From Bdellovibrionia bacterium (GTDB lineage: Bacteria; Bdellovibrionota; UBA1018): a stretch of DNA of 25,201 bases. The position numbers and the translations under genes are program-made. The notes under the pieces are model-generated. The model made no database searches and was not told the origin of the DNA. It saw nothing but the letters and a program-made list of their open reading frames with translations. Position 1 is the stretch's first letter, and each line of letters begins with the position of its first letter. The stretch is from contig JBMSSC010000028.1 in assembly GCA_049424145.1 (NCBI GenBank), forward strand, positions 1 through 25,201, given 5' to 3'. This document shows positions 17,428 to 25,201 of the stretch, in pieces.

Positions 17428-17456
17428 CCGAGCGGCGATGTTATCCCCAGCGCCCT

Positions 17457-19871
17457 ATGCAAAAGTTTTGGATCGTTTTGGCTCGATGTGGATGGTTTTT
17501 AGGTGGACTCCAAGGTGTGGAGGCTTGGGCTCAAGAAGGCTCATCTGAGCCCCAAGCACAGTCCAATGCATCGGAGTCTCTGCAGAGTGTGCAGATTCCA
17601 GAAATTTCCGTACTGGGTCAGGCTGCGGCCAATAAAAGCCATGTGGGAGACTACATCCCTACGGTTTCCGAGTTATCCGGTCTTCGTTTAGAAAAGAAAA
17701 AACAGACGACCCTAGGAGAGACGCTCTCGCGTGAAGCCGGGGTGAGTTCCAGTTACTTTGGTCCAAACGCCAGCCGACCCGTGATCCGAGGCTTAGACGG
17801 GGAGCGAGTGAAAATCCTGCAAAATGGAGTGGGAGTGTTAGATGCCTCAGGCACCAGTCCTGATCACGCGGTTTCATCCAACCCGCTTTTAATGGAGCGA
17901 GTGGAGACGGTGCGTGGATCCGCAGCCCTCCTCTATGGCAATAGTGCCATTGGGGGAGTGGTGAACGTGGTGAACAGTAGGATTCCTAGTCAACCTCTGG
18001 CTAAGCCCCAAATCACGCTTCAGAGCCGAGGCAACTCCGTTGATCTCGGGCGCACATTGGGTGGAATGTTTCAAGCAAGCTTGGGTCGATTCACGTTTCA
18101 TTTGGATGGATCGCTTCAGGGCTCCAACCCTTATGGGATTCCAGGGTTTGCTCGCTCGCAGCGGCTTAGGCTCGCTGAGCCCCTGGCCGCAGGCCAGTCC
18201 GAGGCACAAGGACAAGTGCCCAATAGCTTTAGCCGGGGCTTTGATGGGGCCTTAGGCGGAAGCTACATTTTTGACTCAGGTTATGTGGGAACATCGTTTT
18301 CATCCTTTGGGACTCAATATGGATCGGTGGCAGAGCCGGATGCTCAAATTGATATGTTGAAACATCGGCTGGACTTAGCCGGTGAGATCAAAACGGATGG
18401 GTTTTTTCAGTCGATTCGGTTTAAAGGTGCGGGATCTTACTATCAACACCGAGAAGAGCATATTGAACCGCCTGTGGGAGGCTCCTCCTCCTCGAGTCTG
18501 ATGGGCGGAGAGGGGCTGACTGCAGGGCATGCTCACCACCACCATCATCATCATGGCCATCACCATCACCATGGGCATTCTCACGGGCATTCTCATGCGC
18601 ACAAAGCGGCAGAGGGTAAAAGTCATGCTCAAGCGTCTCATCATGAGCACGCTGATGCGCACTCGGATGAGGATTCGGATCACGATCACAGTCATTCCCA
18701 TGGCCACCATCATCACGGTCCTGGCTGTTGTCAGGCTCGATCTCACCTCAATTCTCCGTCTCAAGTTCAAGCTCTCACAGAGATGGACTCCTCAGATGGA
18801 TCCACTCTTTTTATCAACCGTGGGATGGAAAGTCGCGTGGATGTGAAGCACAAACCCTTGGGGGTGCTGGAGGGGATTTTTGGGGTTCAACAGCAGTACT
18901 CTCACTTAAGCGTCACGGGAGCCGAGGCATTTCTTCCTCCCACGGCAAGCTCGTCGGTGGCGGTATTTGCCCATGAAGAGATCTCTTTAGGGCGCTTGAC
19001 TCCTTCGTTTGGCTTGAGACTGGATCGTTCAGAGGTGACCTCAGAGACGACTCAGGCTTTTGGCGCCTCGGAGAACCATCTATTTGTTCTTCCGAGTTTT
19101 TCTGCGGGCTTGTTGTATCGCTTCACCAATGAGCTCTCCTTGGGTTTAAATACATCGCTGACTCAACGAGCTCCCAATTACCAGGAGTTGTTCTCAGATG
19201 GGGTGCATTATGCAACCAATATTTATGAACAAGGGGATCGGAATTTAAAGCCAGAAATCGGACGATCGGCTGAGATCTCCTTAAGGCATCAAGGGCGCAC
19301 TCATCAAGGGCGCCTCAGTGTGTTTGCTCAAAATTTTAGTGGGTTCATCGCGCTTTCGCCCACAGGGGAAGTCTATGCACCAGGCGTGGGGTCGTCGGGG
19401 CAGATTTTAAAGTACGCTTACAACTCGGTTCAAGCCATGCTGTTTGGAGCTGAGCTTGAGTTCAAGCAACGTCTTCCTTGGACGTTAGGCAGTGGTCAGT
19501 TCAATCTCGAGTTCAGCTTTGACTGGGTGAGAGGGTTGAACCTGACAAACTCCACCAACCTTCCTCGCATCACTCCGGTGCGTGAAACGGTGGGGCTGAA
19601 CTATGTGGCCAACTCCTTCTCCGTGGATTTAGAAATGCAGCGCTCGGAGGCTCAGGGGATTTTAGCTCCTCATGAGCTGCCCACGGATAGTTACACGGTT
19701 TTTAATCTATCCAGTGAGATCCCGGTTTCAACCGGCTTTGGAACCTTCAGTGTTTTAGGACGGCTCAACAACATTTTTAACGTTGAGGCTCGCAATCACG
19801 TCTCGTTTGTGAAAGATTTAGCCCCCTTACCGGGCCGAAACGTGATGGTGGGTTTTCAGGCCAAGTTTTAA
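17457..19871 (+). CDS. TonB-dependent receptor, ZnuD-like, with a large His-rich insertion
   Basis: Signal peptide MQKFW...VEAWA. Plug motifs TLGETL, FGPNASRPVIRGLDGERV, SPDHAV, RGSAALLYG, AIGGVVNV. Also ELFSDGVHYAT, RNHVSFVKDLAPLPGRN and a C-terminal Phe. Start moved to ATG 17457 because the longer ORF runs through the operator/promoter. Confidence 0.88.
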   Translation: MQKFWIVLARCGWFLGGLQGVEAWAQEGSSEPQAQSNASESLQSVQIPEISVLGQAAANKSHVGDYIPTVSELSGLRLEKKKQTTLGETLSREAGVSSSYFGPNASRPVIRGLDGERVKILQNGVGVLDASGTSPDHAVSSNPLLMERVETVRGSAALLYGNSAIGGVVNVVNSRIPSQPLAKPQITLQSRGNSVDLGRTLGGMFQASLGRFTFHLDGSLQGSNPYGIPGFARSQRLRLAEPLAAGQSEAQGQVPNSFSRGFDGALGGSYIFDSGYVGTSFSSFGTQYGSVAEPDAQIDMLKHRLDLAGEIKTDGFFQSIRFKGAGSYYQHREEHIEPPVGGSSSSSLMGGEGLTAGHAHHHHHHHGHHHHHGHSHGHSHAHKAAEGKSHAQASHHEHADAHSDEDSDHDHSHSHGHHHHGPGCCQARSHLNSPSQVQALTEMDSSDGSTLFINRGMESRVDVKHKPLGVLEGIFGVQQQYSHLSVTGAEAFLPPTASSSVAVFAHEEISLGRLTPSFGLRLDRSEVTSETTQAFGASENHLFVLPSFSAGLLYRFTNELSLGLNTSLTQRAPNYQELFSDGVHYATNIYEQGDRNLKPEIGRSAEISLRHQGRTHQGRLSVFAQNFSGFIALSPTGEVYAPGVGSSGQILKYAYNSVQAMLFGAELEFKQRLPWTLGSGQFNLEFSFDWVRGLNLTNSTNLPRITPVRETVGLNYVANSFSVDLEMQRSEAQGILAPHELPTDSYTVFNLSSEIPVSTGFGTFSVLGRLNNIFNVEARNHVSFVKDLAPLPGRNVMVGFQAKF

Positions 19872-19929
19872 CCCTTCAGTGCTGAAACAGGAGAGATTCA
19901 ACTCCTGTTCAGCAGAGGAATACACCTGG

Positions 19930-20460
19930 ATGAGACTAAAAAAACAAAAGCGATTGAGTCCCTCTCCGTCTCACAAAGACGAAGAACACAGGAACGCCTC
20001 GATGCACCTTGAGGGAATTCTTGAGGAGTCATTTGAAGTCCTTCGGCAGTTTGGGCTGAAGCGGACTCCGCATCGGGAAAGTTTGCTTCGCTTTTTAATT
20101 AAAAACCATGGCCCGTTTAGCAAAGATCAAATCCAAGCCTCGTTGTCTCATGAGAATTGGGATGGCGTGACGTTGTATCGCAACTTGGCGAGCTTTGAGG
20201 AGGTGGGCCTCGTGCGTCGGACGGAGTTTGGGGACGGAATCTCTCGGTATGAGTTTCAGAGGAGCCCTGAGCATCACCACCACCACATTATTTGCACAAA
20301 GTGCCGCCGAGTGGATAGCTTGGATTCGTGTTTGCTCCCCGATTTGGACAAGCGGGTTGGCGCACTGGGGTATTCCAACGTGAAGCATTCGCTTGAGTTC
20401 TTTGGGGTTTGTCTCCACTGCTCGAGCTCCCCGGTTCCAAACCCAGAGAAGCGGTGTTGA
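19930..20460 (+). CDS. Fur-family transcriptional regulator, probably Zur
   Basis: GLKRTPHR, VTLYRNL, RYE, HHHHHIICTKC, C-terminal FFGVCLHC. ATG 19930 has an AGAGGA SD; ATG 20002 is an alternative. Confidence 0.85.
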   Translation: MRLKKQKRLSPSPSHKDEEHRNASMHLEGILEESFEVLRQFGLKRTPHRESLLRFLIKNHGPFSKDQIQASLSHENWDGVTLYRNLASFEEVGLVRRTEFGDGISRYEFQRSPEHHHHHIICTKCRRVDSLDSCLLPDLDKRVGALGYSNVKHSLEFFGVCLHCSSSPVPNPEKRC

Positions 20461-20483
20461 GTCTCCCAGAAGTTTAAGCCATC

Positions 20484-21929
20484 TTAGGCACGCGCTGTTT
20501 TAGTTTTGCCATGGTTAAGATGCTTTTTCCTCTTGAGACGGGCCATGAGTGGGGGTGAAGCTTTGGGTTTGGAAAAAGACGCCTGAAGAAATTCATTAAA
20601 GTTTTCCGTTTTTCCTGGGTAAGCAATCCACAAACCCACGGGCAGAGGCTGGCGTAAGTCTTTAAGCTCCGTGTTGTAAGCCAGAAAGTCTGAAGTCTCA
20701 AGCCCGTGCTCTCGAATCAGCTGAAGTCCTGTTTTGGGTTCCGTGAGCTTGACAAATTCCATAGGTCTTGGGGTTTGAGTCCTAGGAAACTCACCATACA
20801 GTTCCTTCTCATAAAACGAGGCGTAGAGAATGGCCATGTACTCGGCATAGTAGTTCTGACTAGCCCAGCCCAGTACGGCCTTCTTCCCGCGCTGGGGTTG
20901 AAATAAGTAGGCAATCTTGGAGTACTCATAGTTTTCAGGCTTAAACCGAGGCAGGCCCTTAAAACCATGGTTATAAGCCACCACGGCCAATAACCAGCTT
21001 CCTAGAATTTTATAGTTAAACTTCAGCAGTTTGGCTGCAGCCACGGTGGATTTGAGCGCAGAGTATCGCTCGTCTAATCCAATGCGTTCATTCATCTTCA
21101 GGTACTGGTGACCCACTTTGGGCATGATCTGCCAGAGTCCTGAAGCCCCAACTTTTGAGCCGGCTCGAATGTTAAATGAACTTTCTACTAAGCACAACCG
21201 AGTGAGTTCAATGGGAACTTGGGCTTGTTTAAATATCTGCTCCATCTTAGGAAACAGGGTCTCACCTGCCAGTAGGCCGTGGACGATGGGATCGCGTTGG
21301 CCTTTCATTGACTTGAGTTGAGTCGCCATCTCCTTCCAATGAAAAGAGCCCGTCTGGCCATTTGCTCTCTGATGAGCGGTGGCTTGAAGGATGAGGCTCT
21401 GTTCTCGGGTTGGGTTTTTGGGCTTGGGGTTTTTAGCCAGGGCTAAGAAAGCCTTTTGATAGGCTTGGAGGGTTTTCTTGATCTTCCTCTCCGAGAGGAT
21501 CTCAAACACCACGGCGTTTCTTGAACGCTTTTGAATCGGTCTTAAATCCACCACTTCATAAATGAGGTTCATGTTCTTGCTGTCATAGATGACGACGTCT
21601 TTGGTGGAGTACTGAGTGTAGATCTTCAACCAAAACCGAGTTGGAGTTTGGAACTCGGGATGAATATGAAAATCAGATTGGATTCGATGATCCTCGTCGT
21701 TTAAAACGGAATTCAGAGTTGCATCACTGATGGTTGTATCTGTTTGATTTTGAGGCGAAGCAAACTGAGTGCGAGCAATGAGTTCAGGTTCGACGGGATC
21801 CATGTCCGACCATGCAATGGAGCGCGCCATCGATGCTTCCAAACGTAGCGATGGAGTTAGAAAAAAAATGCTAACCAGAATAAAAAATACCTTGTTCAAC
21901 CAAAAAAATCGGGTCTTAAGCCTCGGCAT
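20484..21929 (-). CDS. Lytic transglycosylase (SLT domain, MltD-like)
   Basis: LVESSFNIRAGSKVGASGLWQIMP (catalytic Glu), DER, LAVVAYNHG, degenerate LysM-like C-terminal segment, N-terminal signal/TM. ATG 21929 has a GAGGTG SD. Confidence 0.85.
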   Translation of the reverse strand: MPRLKTRFFWLNKVFFILVSIFFLTPSLRLEASMARSIAWSDMDPVEPELIARTQFASPQNQTDTTISDATLNSVLNDEDHRIQSDFHIHPEFQTPTRFWLKIYTQYSTKDVVIYDSKNMNLIYEVVDLRPIQKRSRNAVVFEILSERKIKKTLQAYQKAFLALAKNPKPKNPTREQSLILQATAHQRANGQTGSFHWKEMATQLKSMKGQRDPIVHGLLAGETLFPKMEQIFKQAQVPIELTRLCLVESSFNIRAGSKVGASGLWQIMPKVGHQYLKMNERIGLDERYSALKSTVAAAKLLKFNYKILGSWLLAVVAYNHGFKGLPRFKPENYEYSKIAYLFQPQRGKKAVLGWASQNYYAEYMAILYASFYEKELYGEFPRTQTPRPMEFVKLTEPKTGLQLIREHGLETSDFLAYNTELKDLRQPLPVGLWIAYPGKTENFNEFLQASFSKPKASPPLMARLKRKKHLNHGKTKTARA

Positions 21930-22137
21930 GGGACCACCTCGCATCGGGCGAGAGTGTGCAAGATATTTGCCGCACAGGAGCAATTTGAATTCCCCTATGA
22001 TTTCAAACAGTCAGAACAGGTTAGGGTGTTTTTGGGGTGTTTAAAACTTAGACACGTGTTTGTTCATTCATTAAACAGGCCTCATGAAACACGAAGGCCA
22101 TTCCATTTTTTTCAGGGGATTTTCTCGAAAGAAGTTT

Positions 22138-22383
22138 TTAGTTCTTTTTAACGAAGTATTGGATCAGGTAGAGCAGTGCTGAGCCCAGAAGGCTCAGAAG
22201 CAAGCAGGTGGTAATAGGAATAAAGATCTGCACGTTTTCTTTTTGAATGTGCAGGTCACCGGGGAGATGCCCAAGCTGAAAGGCCTTACCTCCCCACTGC
22301 ACCGTGAGCTGAAAAATGAGACCTAGAACGATCAAAAACAACCCTCCGATCATCAGGGTTTTGGACACCGGGTGAAGCATCAT
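22138..22383 (-). CDS. DUF2905 family small membrane protein
   Basis: Two hydrophobic helices flanking LGHLPGDL...FIPITTCLLLS. Start overlaps the SDR stop. Confidence 0.8.
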   Translation of the reverse strand: MMLHPVSKTLMIGGLFLIVLGLIFQLTVQWGGKAFQLGHLPGDLHIQKENVQIFIPITTCLLLSLLGSALLYLIQYFVKKN

Positions 22384-23114
22384 GCGCCCAGAGATCCTCC
22401 ATCGATCGTTAAGGCTTGTCCGGTCATCATGGAGGCCCCCTCGGAGGAGGCTAGGTAATAAATGAGATCAGCCACTTCTTTGGGTTCCACCATGCGTCCC
22501 AGGGGAACACTTCGGTTTAACGCGGGTTCTGAGAGTCCAATTTCTTTCATGCGCGACTCAGCCATGTCGGTTTTAGTCCAGCCTGGGCAAATGGCGTTGA
22601 CGGTGATTTTTCTTGGAGCCAGGTGTTGAGCTAAGGCACGGGTGAAACCTAAAACGGCGTGCTTGGCTGCACAGTAGGCCGTAGCATCAGGAACTCCTCG
22701 AAGAGCAAGCACGGAGGCAATGTTAATCACACGTCCAGTCTGATCCGGTAGATAGGCAGCACCATACTTACAGACGTAATACGTCCCATGCAGGTTCACG
22801 TTCAAAATGTCATGCCACAGTTGATCATCAGAGCTGGGCTCCAAAGAGTTGGTTCCTGCTAAGCCTGCATTATTCACCAACGCATCGATCTGACCCCAGT
22901 GTTGAACGATCTGCTCGAGAGTGGATTTGATTTCTTGTGGGTTAGAAACTTGACAGGAAAACTGAAGATCAGCTGGGTTGTCTTTTAGGTTTTCCATCCG
23001 AGTGGCGCAGGTCGCTACGTTCCAGCCGTGTTCTTTAAAAAGACGCACCGTTGCAAGGCCAATTCCTCTGGAACCACCTGTGATGAATACCGTTTTTTTT
23101 CTTTGGGTTTTCAC
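22380..23114 (-). CDS. Short-chain dehydrogenase/reductase (classical SDR)
   Basis: TGGSRGIG, NNAG, NIAS, YCAAK, VNAICPG, TGQALTIDGG. Confidence 0.92.
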   Translation of the reverse strand: MKTQRKKTVFITGGSRGIGLATVRLFKEHGWNVATCATRMENLKDNPADLQFSCQVSNPQEIKSTLEQIVQHWGQIDALVNNAGLAGTNSLEPSSDDQLWHDILNVNLHGTYYVCKYGAAYLPDQTGRVINIASVLALRGVPDATAYCAAKHAVLGFTRALAQHLAPRKITVNAICPGWTKTDMAESRMKEIGLSEPALNRSVPLGRMVEPKEVADLIYYLASSEGASMMTGQALTIDGGSLGA

Positions 23115-23373
23115 GGAATCCCCTCTTTCTTTTTTTCAAAAATTAGCCCGGATGAGGAAGCCAGCCCTCACTCCACGCCAGCCAACCTGCGAAAAGCAAG
23201 AAGAGAAACAAAACCAGGGTTAAAAGAACATAGATCATATACGGGTGAGTCCAGATGGATCCGGTGTGTTCTTTTTCTCGGAGCTGGGATGTCTCTTTCG
23301 TCATCTTGTGGAGCAACCTACCACAAAATTCAATCCTCTAGCGGAGAAATGATCCTTGGGTTAGAGTTTTCAT

Positions 23374-25110
23374 ATGGTGGAGAACTCAATGATGGGGCAA
23401 ATTCCAGATCATCTTCAACTCTACATCGTGCAACAGGATCCCGGGCTTTATACCCCGATGGATCATGCGAGTTGGCGCTTCATCATGAAGCTTTCGCAGA
23501 AGTTCTTCGCCTCCCACGCCTATCATAAGTACTTAAACGGGCTCAAAGAGACGGGAATTTCCACCGAGAGGATTCCTCTCATTGAAGAAATGAATCAGTG
23601 TTTAAGGAAGTTTCATTGGCAGGCCGTGGCCGTTACGGGATTTATTCCTCCTTCGGTGTTTATGGAGTTTCTCTCCCTCGGAGTTTTACCCATTGCCTGT
23701 GATATGAGAACTTTGGATCACCTGGACTACACTCCTGCTCCCGATATTGTCCATGAAGCAGCGGGTCATGCTCCAATCATTGCTGATCCTGAGTACGCCG
23801 ATTATCTGCGCAGCTATGGAGAGATTTCAAGGAAAGCGATTTTTTCAAGTCAAGACATGAACGTCTATCAAGCCATTCGTCATCTCTCGGATATTAAAGA
23901 AGATCCAAACTCCACCTTCTCGCAGGTGGATGCCGCTGAAGCGCGGCTTAAGCATGCACTGGAGGCCGTCACTGAAATCAGCGAAGCCACCTTGCTTTCC
24001 AGAATGGGGTGGTGGACTTTTGAGTATGGCCTGATTGAAGACCCCAAGGAACCTAAGATTTTTGGGGCAGGCCTACTCTCCTCCTTAGGGGAGAGCTTTC
24101 ATTGTTTTGACCCACAGGTGAAGAAGATTCCTTTTTCCATGGAGTGCATTGAAACGGCATTTGATATCACTCGGCCTCAACCCCAATTGTTTGTGGCCAA
24201 AAACTTTCAGCAGCTCAAAAAGTTGCTCTTTGAGTTGGCCGATCGCATGGCATTTCGACGGGGCGGGATTGAGGGGCTGAAAAAGGCAAAGAGCGCTAAA
24301 ACCGTCACCACCACTCAGTTGGATACGGGGATTCAAATTAGCGGTGTGCTGGTGGGAATCCTTCAGGATGAGTCTGAAATGCCCCGCTACCTCCAGTTTG
24401 ACGGTCCAACTCAGCTTTCCTATCAGGACTGTGAGCTTTCAGGCCAAGGGGCGCTCTCTCATCAGCAGGGCTATGGCACCCCGCTTGAGGATGTCACGCA
24501 AGAGGATTTAAGAAAGTTTGGCGTGACCGAGGGGAAACGCGTTTTTCTCCGTTTCTCCTCAGGAACGAGTGTCGAGGGGAAGTGCACCCGGATTCTGCGT
24601 CAGGGGGGGCGCCCTATTTTGCTCTCCTTTGAAAACTGCACCGTCCAGCGCGGGGCAGAGATTTTGTTTCGCCCCGAGTGGGGGACGTATGACATGGCCT
24701 GTGGGAGTCAGGTGGTCTCAGTCTTTGGTGGAGCAGCGGATCGAAGGCGCTACTTAGAAGCCACAGGGCAGCTGAAAGCCGATGTTCGCCATCAAAAAAC
24801 CAATCTCACAGAAGAAAACGAGCCCCTCAACGAGCTCTACCAAAAAGTTCGCCAGGTGCGCGAGTCTCAGCTGGAGCTGCAAATGCGGGTCTTGAAACTC
24901 CAGGAGGTGGTGGAGGCTCTCGGCAGGAGGTTTCCTGGGGATTGGCTCCTACGCTTGGAGCTTTTAGAGTTAGTGGCTCTGTGGAAGCTTTCGGTTCCTT
25001 GGGAACACTCCCTTCGACAGCGCTTGAGAGAAATTTCCTGTGAATCCTCCCAAAAATCAGAGATGATTCGCCGCGGCTTGGAGTGGATTGAATGGGTCTC
25101 CTCGAGCTGA
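23374..25110 (+). CDS. phhA: Phenylalanine 4-hydroxylase, long (~580 aa) form
   Basis: YTPAPDIVHEAAGHAP (iron-binding His pair), WWTFEYGL (Glu ligand), FGAGLLSSLGES, FDITRPQPQLFV, plus a C-terminal extension. The start may be a few codons later. Confidence 0.85.
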   Translation: MVENSMMGQIPDHLQLYIVQQDPGLYTPMDHASWRFIMKLSQKFFASHAYHKYLNGLKETGISTERIPLIEEMNQCLRKFHWQAVAVTGFIPPSVFMEFLSLGVLPIACDMRTLDHLDYTPAPDIVHEAAGHAPIIADPEYADYLRSYGEISRKAIFSSQDMNVYQAIRHLSDIKEDPNSTFSQVDAAEARLKHALEAVTEISEATLLSRMGWWTFEYGLIEDPKEPKIFGAGLLSSLGESFHCFDPQVKKIPFSMECIETAFDITRPQPQLFVAKNFQQLKKLLFELADRMAFRRGGIEGLKKAKSAKTVTTTQLDTGIQISGVLVGILQDESEMPRYLQFDGPTQLSYQDCELSGQGALSHQQGYGTPLEDVTQEDLRKFGVTEGKRVFLRFSSGTSVEGKCTRILRQGGRPILLSFENCTVQRGAEILFRPEWGTYDMACGSQVVSVFGGAADRRRYLEATGQLKADVRHQKTNLTEENEPLNELYQKVRQVRESQLELQMRVLKLQEVVEALGRRFPGDWLLRLELLELVALWKLSVPWEHSLRQRLREISCESSQKSEMIRRGLEWIEWVSSS

Positions 25111-25123
25111 AAGGAATGGATGG

Positions 25124-25201
25124 ATGAACCAGGGAGTGATGCTGGGTGCTTTATTTGGTTTTTTTGGAGTGGCCTTAGGAGCTTTTGGATCCCATGCGTT
25201 A
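25124..25201 (+). CDS. DUF423 (YgdD/TMEM256) family membrane protein, 5' fragment
   Basis: Manual translation MNQGVMLGALFGFFGVALGAFGSHAL matches the family's LGAFGAH motif. Runs off the window end. Confidence 0.75.
   Translation, partial: MNQGVMLGALFGFFGVALGAFGSHAL

Noticed and set aside
18375..18976. Overlapping Met/Val- or Thr/Ile-rich ORFs across the His-rich tract
   Set aside because: Shadow frames of the CAT/CAC-rich receptor loop.
23028..23528. 166-aa plus-strand ORF and other short alternative-frame ORFs in the track
   Set aside because: They overlap well-supported genes (SDR, phhA and others) and show no recognisable motifs.

Overview
Chromosomal window from a Gram-negative bacterium, probably Bdellovibrionota-like (inferred from the tail-fibre-type adhesin, the long-form PhhA and the gene set). 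From 5' to 3' it contains: (1) the 3' part of a large modular phage-tail-fibre-like adhesin with near-identical internal DNA repeats; (2) a minus-strand acyl-CoA operon (hbd-crt-acyl-CoA dehydrogenase plus a split B12 mutase with isobutyryl-CoA mutase signature residues); (3) a rearranged origin-type cluster, mnmE-yidC-yidD-rnpA-rpmH, divergent from dnaA, where dnaA is followed by a class II ribonucleotide reductase rather than dnaN and no DnaA-box cluster is visible; (4) tRNA-Gly(CCC) and an exported helical-repeat protein; (5) a tonB / ZnuD-like receptor / Fur-family (Zur) locus with two palindromic operators and a very large His-rich loop insertion; (6) an MltD-like lytic transglycosylase, DUF2905, an SDR, phenylalanine hydroxylase and the start of a DUF423 gene. 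The most unusual item is rnpA: the ORF track misses it, it has no ATG/GTG/TTG start, and it continues in frame directly after the rpmH stop codon. No CRISPR array, IS element or integrase was seen.
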